NCBI GenBank assembly: GCA_029012445.1
Contig: JAQXMC010000012.1
Span: 4,293-68,292, forward strand
Source: Oscillospiraceae bacterium
GTDB taxonomy: Bacteria > Bacillota > Clostridia > Oscillospirales > Acutalibacteraceae
Reading direction: 5' to 3'
Length of the DNA: 64,000 nt
Part shown: piece by piece, positions 8,574-16,489 of the stretch
Numbering within the stretch: position 1 is the stretch's first letter
Layout: each line of letters begins with the position of its first letter
Notes under the pieces: generated by a model
What the model saw: the letters and a program-made list of their open reading frames with translations, nothing else
What the model was told of the DNA's origin: nothing
Databases searched by the model: none
Program-made: the position numbers and the translations under genes

Positions 8574-9251
8574 TCAATTTTTTTGCGGTACGCTCCCGGT
8601 TTTCATCTCACGGCGGGCGTTTCGTTCGGCGCTTTCTCTGAGCGAAAAAACGCAGCCGCAATAGTTCTGGCGATATAGTCCGAATTCCTTTGAAAGAACG
8701 ATCGACCGCTGATATCCGCCTTTTTTCTTGAAGTCGGACGGCAAATGCCTGACTCCGAATTTTTCGCCCGCTTTTTCTCCGGCTTCGTTGAGCGCCGCCG
8801 CATTTTTCAGCGGACTTATCGTCAGCGTGGTCGTGAAAAAGTCAAAGCCGTTTTCCTTAGCGTATTCAGCAGCCTTTTCAAGTCTCAGCTCAAAGCATTT
8901 CAGGCATCGCTCGCCGCCCTCCCGGCAATTTTCAAGGCCTTTTATCCTGCCATAAAATTCGCGGCTGTCGAATTCGGCGGTCACGAGCTTTATTTCTCTT
9001 TCGCCGCCGGAACGCAGGTTCATTTCTTTAATCAGCCTTTCCTCCTCCCTCGCTCTCTTGTCATATTCTTCTTCGGGATAGAGGTTGGGATTATAGAACA
9101 AAACGGTGATATCAAAATATTCCGACAGATATTCAAGGCAATAGCTGCTGCAGGGAGCGCAGCAGGCGTGAAGCAGCAAGCGCGGCCTTTTGCCTGACAA
9201 GGCGTTTTCCTGCGTTATTTTATCAAGCTCACGCTGATAGTTTCTTTCCAT
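8574..9251 (-). CDS. queH: epoxyqueuosine reductase QueH (DUF208)
   Basis: 225 aa containing LLLHACCAPCSSYCLEYL and a C-terminal YCGCVFS cysteine motif. Confidence 0.85.
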   Translation of the reverse strand: MERNYQRELDKITQENALSGKRPRLLLHACCAPCSSYCLEYLSEYFDITVLFYNPNLYPEEEYDKRAREEERLIKEMNLRSGGEREIKLVTAEFDSREFYGRIKGLENCREGGERCLKCFELRLEKAAEYAKENGFDFFTTTLTISPLKNAAALNEAGEKAGEKFGVRHLPSDFKKKGGYQRSIVLSKEFGLYRQNYCGCVFSLRESAERNARREMKTGSVPQKN

Positions 9252-9365
9252 TTTGTCGCCTCCTTTATTGCCGGCCGCCGGTCACAGCCGGTGACTGTTT
9301 ATAAGCCGAAACCCGCCTTGTACCCGAAAAACAGCGGACGGAAAGCCTCCGCCCGCCTGAGATTA

Positions 9366-10331
9366 TTAATCTTCTTTCTGACTTTCAAGCACCTTCGCCA
9401 GGTTCAGCTTTATGTATCCCTTCGGCATCTCAAAATATGAATCCGGAACATCGGACGAGATCGCCGTGATATTATAGACCGTTGACGAGCCGTCGGCGTC
9501 GATCAGATCCATTCTGACAAGATCGCCGTCGTAGTAATAGTAATTTTTGACCTCTCCGTTTTCATAGGAGAACGACTCGCAGGTGCATTCCCGACCGTTT
9601 ATCGAGACCTTATAGACCTTGACCTTCTTGTAGTCGTCGGCGCCGTCAACATCGAGCGCGCCCGAGGCCATATCGGAAACCATATCGTCGGGCAGGGTGC
9701 AATAGGTCCTCAGACTCGACAGAACGATAACGCCGGTTTTTGTCGTGTCGTTATATATGACCTTTGCCGGGATTCCCTCTATCGTCGTTTCCATATATAC
9801 GCTGCCGTTTTTGAACGCCGTCAGCACTTCGCCCGGAATATCGGGATCATCCGAGGTGAACTTCATTGAATATGTGCCCGACGCAAACAGCTTTCTGTAT
9901 TTATCGGTGAGATATTCCTTTTGTTCGTCCGCCTGAGTTTCTCCCTCCGCCGTCGTTTTGCCCGTTGAGTCAATGACGGAAACGGCTGCGTTATAGTTAT
10001 ATGTCGAGCCGGAATTGGTCTGGTTGACGGAAACGGCTGTTGTGTTATTCTTCGGCAAAGTGCCGTCGTAGCTGCCGACGACATAAAGCGAATCATCGAG
10101 AACGGGATATCCGTTTGAGTCTATCCTTGCGCCGTAAAGATTTCCGTTCATATCGGTTATTCCGGCGTAAACATTATTGTTCTGGTCAATGACGGCGAGA
10201 TATGTTATTCCGTCGGGATCGGTAACAGTCAGCGTTTTCTTGCTGCTGCCTTTAACGCTTTTGAAGCAAACGACTGCCGAAGCCAGAACAATGACAACCA
10301 TCAGAAAGATCAGTTTTTTATTTTTTTTCAT
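9366..10331 (-). CDS. secreted/membrane-anchored protein, paralog A (LolA-like C-terminal half, inferred)
   Basis: N-terminal signal/anchor. About 45-50% identical by eye to the next gene (DPDGITYLAV../DPQGVTYLAI.., KYRKLFASGTY/KYKKLFASGTY, VPDSYFEMPKGY/VPDSLFDLPKGF). Confidence 0.7.
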   Translation of the reverse strand: MKKNKKLIFLMVVIVLASAVVCFKSVKGSSKKTLTVTDPDGITYLAVIDQNNNVYAGITDMNGNLYGARIDSNGYPVLDDSLYVVGSYDGTLPKNNTTAVSVNQTNSGSTYNYNAAVSVIDSTGKTTAEGETQADEQKEYLTDKYRKLFASGTYSMKFTSDDPDIPGEVLTAFKNGSVYMETTIEGIPAKVIYNDTTKTGVIVLSSLRTYCTLPDDMVSDMASGALDVDGADDYKKVKVYKVSINGRECTCESFSYENGEVKNYYYYDGDLVRMDLIDADGSSTVYNITAISSDVPDSYFEMPKGYIKLNLAKVLESQKED

Positions 10332-10355
10332 CCTGCGTCTCCTTAGTCCGGCGGT

Positions 10356-11360
10356 TTAGTTTTTCTTTGTTGCGGTGGTTTCATCCTCCGACAGTTTATC
10401 AAGATCGAGCTTGCTGAGATTGAAAGGAATAAAGCCCTTGGGCAGATCAAACAGCGAATCCGGAACAGCGGACGATATCTTGTTGATATTCATTACCGAG
10501 GAAGCGCCGTCCTTGTCGATCTGATCCATTCTGACAAGTGTGTTTTTATAGAAGTAATAGGTCGAAATGCTGCCGTCCTTATTTTCATAGCTCTCGCAGA
10601 CGCAGTCTCTGTCGCCTATCGTCGCTTCATAGACCGTGACATCTTTGACCTCGCTCTTTGTGGAAAAGTCAGCCATGTCAAGCTCATCCATCATGCTCGA
10701 CGGCATCTTGCAATAAACACGGTAATCGTTGAGAATAATATAGACATTGTCTTTCGCTTTCTGATAGATCATCGTGCAGTTAAGGCCCTCCAGCTTGGTC
10801 TTCATATAGATATTGCCGTTTTTCACAGCCGCTGTTACGGGATCCTTCATATCATCGCTGTCGGTCGAAAATTCAATGTAATATGTGCCTGACGCAAACA
10901 GCTTCTTGTACTTATCGGCCATGAGCGTCTTTTTATCGCTCTTTGTCGTGGTGCTGCTCGCTTTCGTGGTCTTGTCGGCGTTAACTTTCGAGGTCGACGC
11001 ATTCTTTTCGGTGACGACCTCCCCGCTTGCGTAATTATATCCGTTCTGACTTTCGTTGACGGAAACTGCCGTTGTGTCATTCGCGGGCAGGGTACCGTCG
11101 TAATCGTCAACCTCATAAAGGTCGCCGTCCTTGAGGACATTGCCCTTTTCGTCGATCTCGGCGGCGTAAAGCTTTCCGCTAGCGTCAGTGACGCCGGCAT
11201 AGGTCTTTCCGTCGCTGCCTTCGATGGCGAGATATGTCACTCCCTGAGGATCGGTAACGGTATTTCCGTCGTTGCCCTTATTGCCGCAGCCGTAGAAAAC
11301 GCCGGCAATTATAAAGACGGTCATAAAAACCGCCGCAACTCTCAATATACCTTTTCTCAT
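10356..11360 (-). CDS. lipoprotein, paralog B of the 9366-10331 gene
   Basis: Signal peptide with a lipobox-like VFYGC. Same two-domain layout as paralog A, with a Ser/Thr-rich linker. Confidence 0.7.
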   Translation of the reverse strand: MRKGILRVAAVFMTVFIIAGVFYGCGNKGNDGNTVTDPQGVTYLAIEGSDGKTYAGVTDASGKLYAAEIDEKGNVLKDGDLYEVDDYDGTLPANDTTAVSVNESQNGYNYASGEVVTEKNASTSKVNADKTTKASSTTTKSDKKTLMADKYKKLFASGTYYIEFSTDSDDMKDPVTAAVKNGNIYMKTKLEGLNCTMIYQKAKDNVYIILNDYRVYCKMPSSMMDELDMADFSTKSEVKDVTVYEATIGDRDCVCESYENKDGSISTYYFYKNTLVRMDQIDKDGASSVMNINKISSAVPDSLFDLPKGFIPFNLSKLDLDKLSEDETTATKKN

Positions 11361-11609
11361 TCTTTTATTCTCCTTGTTTCTTCTGTTTATAATAGGCTGT
11401 TTATAGTGAAATGATAATACAAAAGGGGAATAAAATCAATAGAAAACTTAATGTTTCTTTGTGAACACTTTATTAAACTAATACGATAATGCTGAAGATA
11501 ACCCGTAGCCGGCGGGCGTTTTCGCGGCTTTGCCGTTCCGGAAAAAGCCGGAACGGCGGCAGACAAGGCTTCAAAAATACGGAACGCGAAAAATTTTTTG
11601 AAAAAAGAC

Positions 11610-11638
11610 TTGCAATCCGGCGGCGTTTTATATATAAT
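11610..11638 (+). promoter_or_regulatory. promoter of tRNA-Thr: TTGCAA-17-TATAAT
   Basis: The hexamers lie 22 nt upstream of the mature tRNA 5' end. Confidence 0.65.
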
Positions 11639-11660
11639 AGCTCTTGCAGTCTGCATAAAC

Positions 11661-11736
11661 GCTGGTGTGGCTCAGTTGGTAGAGCAGCGCATTCGTAATG
11701 CGCAGGTCATCGGTTCGAGTCCGATCACCAGCTCCA
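11661..11736 (+). tRNA. tRNA-Thr (anticodon CGT), CCA encoded
   Basis: Cloverleaf folded by hand: acceptor GCTGGTG/CACCAGC, anticodon stem GCGCA/TGCGC with loop TTCGTAA, T-arm ATCGG TTCGAGT CCGAT. Confidence 0.93.
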
Positions 11737-11743
11737 TGAAAAA

Positions 11744-11776
11744 CCTGAATTGTCTATCGGACAATTCAGGTTTTTT
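11744..11776 (+). terminator. intrinsic terminator after tRNA-Thr
   Basis: CCTGAATTGTC/GACAATTCAGG stem followed by TTTTTT. Confidence 0.85.
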
Positions 11777-12005
11777 CAATGATATCCGTTCCTTGCGGAT
11801 CGGGTGATATATGCCACGGCATATGTGAAACGGATATTATATCGCATTAGCGATATTAATTATATTGCAACGGATAATCAGGTTGGTTAAAATAAAATAC
11901 AGAGCCCGAAAAGGTGCAACGATTCTAAAAATCCCGTTCGCAAAATGCGAACGGGATTTTTACTTGTTTCTTAGCTATTCGCTTTTATCTGACTGCGCTT
12001 GGGGA

Positions 12006-12041
12006 TAAAAAAGCACCCGTCCGGATTTGATCGGACGGGTA
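12006..12041 (-). terminator. intrinsic terminator of rplM-rpsI
   Basis: ACCCGTCCG/CGGACGGGT stem followed by a T-run on the minus strand. Confidence 0.75.
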
Positions 12042-12059
12042 GATAAACAGATATAATTG

Positions 12060-12458
12060 TTATCTCTTGCTGAACTGCGGTGCACGGCGAGCGCCTTTGA
12101 GACCGTATTTCTTTCTTTCCTTCATTCTCGGATCACGAGTGAGAAGTCCGGCTTTCTTGAGCGTCGGACGAAGCTCCTCGTCATACTGAAGCAGGGCTCT
12201 TGCGATACCGTGGCGGATAGCGCCTGCCTGACCGGTAACTCCGCCGCCGTTGACGCGGCAAACTATATCGAACTTTTCGGTCGTGCCCGTGAGTGCGAGG
12301 GGCTGACGAACGATGAGCTTGAGCGTTTCGAGACCGAAATAATCGTCAATGTCTCTGTCGTTGATCGTGATCTTGCCTGTGCCGACATAAACTCTGACAC
12401 GAGCAACTGATTTCTTTCTGCGGCCGGTGCCGTAGAAGAACGGATTTGTTTCGTACAT
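12060..12458 (-). CDS. rpsI: 30S ribosomal protein S9
   Basis: 132 aa containing [12 protein letters not shown]...[19 protein letters not shown]...PQFSKR. Confidence 0.97.
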   Translation of the reverse strand: MYETNPFFYGTGRRKKSVARVRVYVGTGKITINDRDIDDYFGLETLKLIVRQPLALTGTTEKFDIVCRVNGGGVTGQAGAIRHGIARALLQYDEELRPTLKKAGLLTRDPRMKERKKYGLKGARRAPQFSKR

Positions 12459-12477
12459 ATTATTTCAATCTCCTTTC

Positions 12478-12906
12478 TTAGAATTCGTGCTTTTCGGGCT
12501 TCTGGGCGGCCTGCTTGTGGTCGGGACCGGCATAAACTCTGAGTCTCGTCAGAGCCTGACGGCCGAGAGTCGTGTCGGGGATCATGCCCTTGACAGCCTT
12601 TGTAACGACGAACTCGGGCTTTTCAGCCATGAGAGTGCCGTATTTGACTTCCTTGAGGTTGCCGATGTAACCCGAATGATGATAATACATCTTCTGATCG
12701 AGCTTTTTGCCTGTGAGAACGATCTTTGAAGCGTTTATGATAACAACATGATCGCCGCAATCAACATGCGGTGTGAAGATGGGCTTATGCTTGCCGCGAA
12801 GAAGTACCGCAGCTTCGGCTGCGACGCTGCCGAGCGTTCTGCCTTCGGCGTCGATAAGGTACCACTTGCGCTCAACTTCGCCCGCTTTTGCCATAAAAGT
12901 TGACAT
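12478..12906 (-). CDS. rplM: 50S ribosomal protein L13
   Basis: 142 aa containing [15 protein letters not shown]...[19 protein letters not shown]. Confidence 0.97.
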   Translation of the reverse strand: MSTFMAKAGEVERKWYLIDAEGRTLGSVAAEAAVLLRGKHKPIFTPHVDCGDHVVIINASKIVLTGKKLDQKMYYHHSGYIGNLKEVKYGTLMAEKPEFVVTKAVKGMIPDTTLGRQALTRLRVYAGPDHKQAAQKPEKHEF

Positions 12907-12940
12907 AACTATACCTCCGATTAAATTTTAATGCTCGGAT

Positions 12941-12969
12941 ATATTAACACAAACGCATAGCTTTGTCAA
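12941..12969 (-). promoter_or_regulatory. promoter of rplM-rpsI: TTGACA-17-TAATAT
   Basis: Read on the minus strand upstream of the rplM SD. Confidence 0.65.
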
Positions 12970-13094
12970 CACATTTTCTTTGAAATTTTAATTTAGATTT
13001 CACTATCTCGCTTATGCTCCGTTTTTCTCGTTTTTTCATACTGTTTACTCACTTGCGAATTTTGTTTTTTATCGGATTCCGGCAATTTGCCGCT

Positions 13095-14573
13095 CTATTT
13101 CTTCACTCTGACGGCTTTTTTCTCCGACCACGCCGAATAATATCTGACCTTTTTTCCGTTTTCCGTGACCGTTTTATATGTGCGTATTCTTATATAATAC
13201 TTCTTCCCGCCTTTCAGGTGCCTGACGGTCGCCGAAGCCTCCCCGCCTTTTTTGACGGTCAGCTTTTTCACTTTGCCTTTCCCGAAGCTTTTATCGGTCG
13301 AGCACTCTATTTCGCAGCCGGATATCTGCTCTCCGGTCTTTTTCCATCTGACCTCTATCCTGTCTTTGCCGGCGGTGAGACTTTTAATTTTTGTTCCCTT
13401 CGGCTTTATCTCGAATGTCAGCGTCTTGCCGCCCGAATACTTTCCGATAAATTTCACCGTTACCATGTACCGCCCGACATTTTTGCAGCCCCGAGCGTAT
13501 TTAACGGTGTAATCCGTTCCGTTTTTCAGCTTTTTTCCGTTTGAATCCGTGACAGTGACCTTCGGCTTTTGAGCCTTGCCGTTATAGGTGAAGGTCTTTT
13601 CTGAAAGCGAAACCCTGCGTATTCTCGCGACGGTTTTCGGCGCCTTGACGGTCTTTCCGCAAACGGAGCAGACAGAGCCGCCGAAGCTGCCGTTTTTTGA
13701 TAATGTCGCCGCCGCATTGCGGGACGGGACCGCTTTATGACCGCATGGCGGAAGATCTTTCGTTTCCTTATAGCCGCAGTTTTTGCAGTGTCTTTCTTCT
13801 TTCCCTGCGCTCTCGCATTTCGGCGCGGTGACTACCGTCCACTGCCCCATTTCATGGTCTTTCTTCGGAATGACTTCCTGCTCCTCAAGCACTTTTCCAC
13901 ATTCGGAGCAGTGCTTTCCCTGCGTCTTTCCCTCTGCCGTGCAGGTTGCTTCAACTGCTTCGTCCGTCACCTCTGTGTGACCGTGGGGCGGAAGAATATT
14001 TGTTTCAGTATATTCGCAGTTTTGGCAGTGTCTTTCCTCTTTTCCCTCGTTCTCGCATTTCGGTGCGGTGACTACCGTCCACTGCCCCATTTCGTGGTCT
14101 TTCTTCGGAATGACTTTCTGCTCCTCAAGCACTTTTCCACATTCGGAGCAGTGCTTTCCCTGCGTCTTTCCCTCAGTCGTGCAGGTCGCTTCAACCGCTT
14201 CGTCCGTCACCTCTGTGTGACCGTGGGGCGATATCGTTTCGGTTTCAACCGTCAGGCACCTTTGGCAGGTTCTGTATCTGCTGCCGCTTTCACAGCAGGT
14301 TTCCGCCTGTGTGACGGTCCAATCGCCGAACGAGTGCTTCAAAGCCGCAATCTCCTCATGGCCGGATATCCACTCATCGCAGTCGAGACAATAGACTCCT
14401 TCGGTGTAGCCCGGTTCTGTGCAGGTGGGGCTTTTGGCGGCCATAGGGATGGTTTCTGAATGTTTACATCCGTCGGCGGCAAAGGTCAACACTGCCGCGC
14501 AGGCAGAAAACACAGTCATGAGCAAAATGACCGCAGCTGCCCTGACTCCGGTTTTATTTATCAGTTTTTTCAA
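13095..14573 (-). CDS. secreted Cys-rich repeat protein with C-terminal Ig/FN3-like modules
   Basis: Signal peptide, then repeated CxxC-containing units (HGHTEVTDEAVEATCT.EGKTQGKHCSECGKVLEE), then beta-rich modules (TFTYNGKAQKPKVTVTD.., IEVRWKKTGEQISGCEIECSTDKSF). Confidence 0.75.
   Translation of the reverse strand: MKKLINKTGVRAAAVILLMTVFSACAAVLTFAADGCKHSETIPMAAKSPTCTEPGYTEGVYCLDCDEWISGHEEIAALKHSFGDWTVTQAETCCESGSRYRTCQRCLTVETETISPHGHTEVTDEAVEATCTTEGKTQGKHCSECGKVLEEQKVIPKKDHEMGQWTVVTAPKCENEGKEERHCQNCEYTETNILPPHGHTEVTDEAVEATCTAEGKTQGKHCSECGKVLEEQEVIPKKDHEMGQWTVVTAPKCESAGKEERHCKNCGYKETKDLPPCGHKAVPSRNAAATLSKNGSFGGSVCSVCGKTVKAPKTVARIRRVSLSEKTFTYNGKAQKPKVTVTDSNGKKLKNGTDYTVKYARGCKNVGRYMVTVKFIGKYSGGKTLTFEIKPKGTKIKSLTAGKDRIEVRWKKTGEQISGCEIECSTDKSFGKGKVKKLTVKKGGEASATVRHLKGGKKYYIRIRTYKTVTENGKKVRYYSAWSEKKAVRVKK
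13739..14218. repeat. two near-identical 240-bp tandem units inside the Cys-rich protein gene
   Basis: 13739-13978 and 13979-14218 align base-for-base with only scattered substitutions. They encode two 80-aa repeats. Confidence 0.9.
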
Positions 14574-14884
14574 AGTGCATACTTCCTTTTTTCAATATTG
14601 ATATATGTTATATCTGAATAATGCTATCACCTGTCGATTTAAAAAACAAGAAAATTGTCGAAAAAAGAATATCTTTGTTAGAAACGGACAAAAACCGTTC
14701 AAATGTTTTGTTAAAAATTAAAAGTCCGGCTCGGGCATATGAGCTTCGGCGAGTCGGACTTTATTCAGGTCGGAACGGCAGACAGTCAAACGGAGAAAAT
14801 AAATTCCGAGGGCAACAGGAAAAACCGACGCAGCCGTTGCCGCGCCGGTTTGTCAAGTCCGAACTGTCTGATAGTATAAAAGAC

Positions 14885-15010
14885 TTACGCTGTTGTTGTT
14901 TCGTCATCGACAACATCAGGCTTTTCACCCTTAAGGAACTTCTGGAGGTCTGCAAGCATATCCTGAAGCCATTTGAGTGCCTTTAAGATGTAATCAAAAA
15001 ACTGATCCAT
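14885..15010 (-). CDS. sORF-2: 41-aa amphipathic peptide MDQFFDYILKALKWLQDMLADLQKFLKGEKPDVVDDETTTA
   Basis: GGGAGGG SD 7 nt upstream of the ATG, with its own promoter. Imperfect hairpin plus T-runs downstream. Confidence 0.6.
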   Translation of the reverse strand: MDQFFDYILKALKWLQDMLADLQKFLKGEKPDVVDDETTTA

Positions 15011-15045
15011 TCATAATCCCTCCCTGCAATTTTATTGATAAACAC

Positions 15046-15074
15046 ATGTTATCAGATTTTAAATTTTATGTCAA
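15046..15074 (-). promoter_or_regulatory. promoter of sORF-2: TTGACA-17-TAACAT
   Basis: Read on the minus strand. Confidence 0.5.
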
Positions 15075-15172
15075 TAAATTATATCTAATTTTAATAAAAA
15101 AACCAACTTTCCGCTAAACTTTAACGAGTTATTCGGCATTTTTGAATATCTGTATTTTTATTTTATTAACTG

Positions 15173-15202
15173 TTGAATTTTGGCGGCCGTTTTTGCTATA
15201 AT
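15173..15202 (+). promoter_or_regulatory. promoter of the serine dehydratase operon: TTGAAT-18-TATAAT
   Basis: Read on the plus strand, 85 nt upstream of the ATG. Confidence 0.5.
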
Positions 15203-15286
15203 TAAAGAAGCGGAGCTTGCGGCCGAAAAGTGCGTTTGCGTCGTATTCCGGCCTTTTATATCAGCCCCGATGCGGAGGATTAAGCT

Positions 15287-16489
15287 ATGCAGTCACTCAG
15301 ATATTTATACAGGATCGGCCGGGGGCCGTCGTCCTCACACACCATGGGCCCCGACAAGGCGGCTCATCGCTTTCTGTCAATGTACCCCGACGCGGAAAGC
15401 TATAAGATCGTGCTTTACGGCTCGCTTGCGAAAACGGGCAGGGGACACATGACCGACGCCGTTCTCAAACAGGCGTTTTCTGGCAGAAAGTGTGAAATAG
15501 TTCTTGACACCGAAACGCAGACAATACAGCACCCGAACACGCTCGATTTCACGGCGTATAAGGACGGTGAAGAAGTCACCAAGCGGTTTTTCAGCATCGG
15601 AGGCGGCGAGATACTGATGCAGGGCGAAAAGCAGCATGAGAGCGCAGAAATCTACGGTCTGAATAAATTCTCGGATATCTCCCGCTACTGCCGTGAGAAG
15701 GAGATCAGGATATGGCAATATGTTGAGGAGTGCGAGGGACCGGACATCTGGGCCTATCTCGAAACCGTCTGGACGGCGATGCAAAGCGCCATAAAGGAGG
15801 GGCTTGAGGCCGAGGGCGTTCTTCAGGGCGGAATCGGCACTCAGCGAAAGGCAAGATATCTTTTCAGGCAGCGCCACATCGACGAAAGCGAGGAGACAAA
15901 GGTCAACAGGCTCGTCTGCGCCTATGCTTACGCAGTCAGTGAACAGAACGCCTCGGGCGGCACGATAGTCACGGCTCCCACCTGCGGGGCAAGCGGAGTC
16001 GTTCCCGCAGTGCTCAAATTTTCTCAGAAGAAGCGCGGCTTTTCCGATGAACAGATTATTCACGCTCTGGCAACGGGCGGAATTATCGGCAACCTCGTCA
16101 AGACAAATGCTTCCATCAGCGGCGCCGAATGCGGATGTCAGGCCGAAATAGGAACAGCCTGTTCAATGGCGGCCGCCGCTATCGGGGAATTATATGAGCT
16201 TGATCTTGACCAGATAGAATATGCGGCCGAAATGTCGATAGAGCATCATCTCGGGCTGACCTGCGATCCTGTCAACGGCCTTGTTCAGATACCCTGCATC
16301 GAGAGGAACGCAGTCGCCGCAATGAGAGCGCTGAACGCCGTCAACCTCGCCGATTTTCTCGCGGACTCGCGAAAGATCAGCTTCGATATGGTCGTCGATA
16401 CAATGTACGAAACGGGAAAGGATCTCAAGGTCGTTTACAGAGAGACCTCCGAGGGCGGACTGGCTAAAAACTATAAAAAGGATAGATGA
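15287..16489 (+). CDS. sdaA: L-serine ammonia-lyase (iron-sulfur dependent, single chain)
   Basis: 400 aa containing YRIGRGPSSSHTMGP at the N-terminus and the Cys-containing alpha-domain motifs TAPTCGASGVVP and GAECGCQAEIGTACSMAA. Confidence 0.85.
   Translation: MQSLRYLYRIGRGPSSSHTMGPDKAAHRFLSMYPDAESYKIVLYGSLAKTGRGHMTDAVLKQAFSGRKCEIVLDTETQTIQHPNTLDFTAYKDGEEVTKRFFSIGGGEILMQGEKQHESAEIYGLNKFSDISRYCREKEIRIWQYVEECEGPDIWAYLETVWTAMQSAIKEGLEAEGVLQGGIGTQRKARYLFRQRHIDESEETKVNRLVCAYAYAVSEQNASGGTIVTAPTCGASGVVPAVLKFSQKKRGFSDEQIIHALATGGIIGNLVKTNASISGAECGCQAEIGTACSMAAAAIGELYELDLDQIEYAAEMSIEHHLGLTCDPVNGLVQIPCIERNAVAAMRALNAVNLADFLADSRKISFDMVVDTMYETGKDLKVVYRETSEGGLAKNYKKDR

Noticed and set aside
11780-11930. 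AT-rich stretch after tRNA-Thr with short palindromes (GATATCCGTT / AACGGATAT, CATATGCCGTGGCATATG), considered as an integration-site remnant
   Set aside because: No integrase, no direct repeat of the tRNA 3' end and no foreign gene cargo is nearby.
14621-14986. 121-aa plus-strand ORF in the 14.6-15.3 kb spacer
   Set aside because: It has no SD and a basic low-complexity translation, and it overlaps the better-supported sORF-2 unit on the opposite strand.
16486-16489. ATGA stop/start overlap coupling L-serine dehydratase to a GH29 fucosidase
   Set aside because: The functional pairing is odd, but an alternative in-frame start at 16507 exists and such overlaps are common. This is not enough to propose a pathway.
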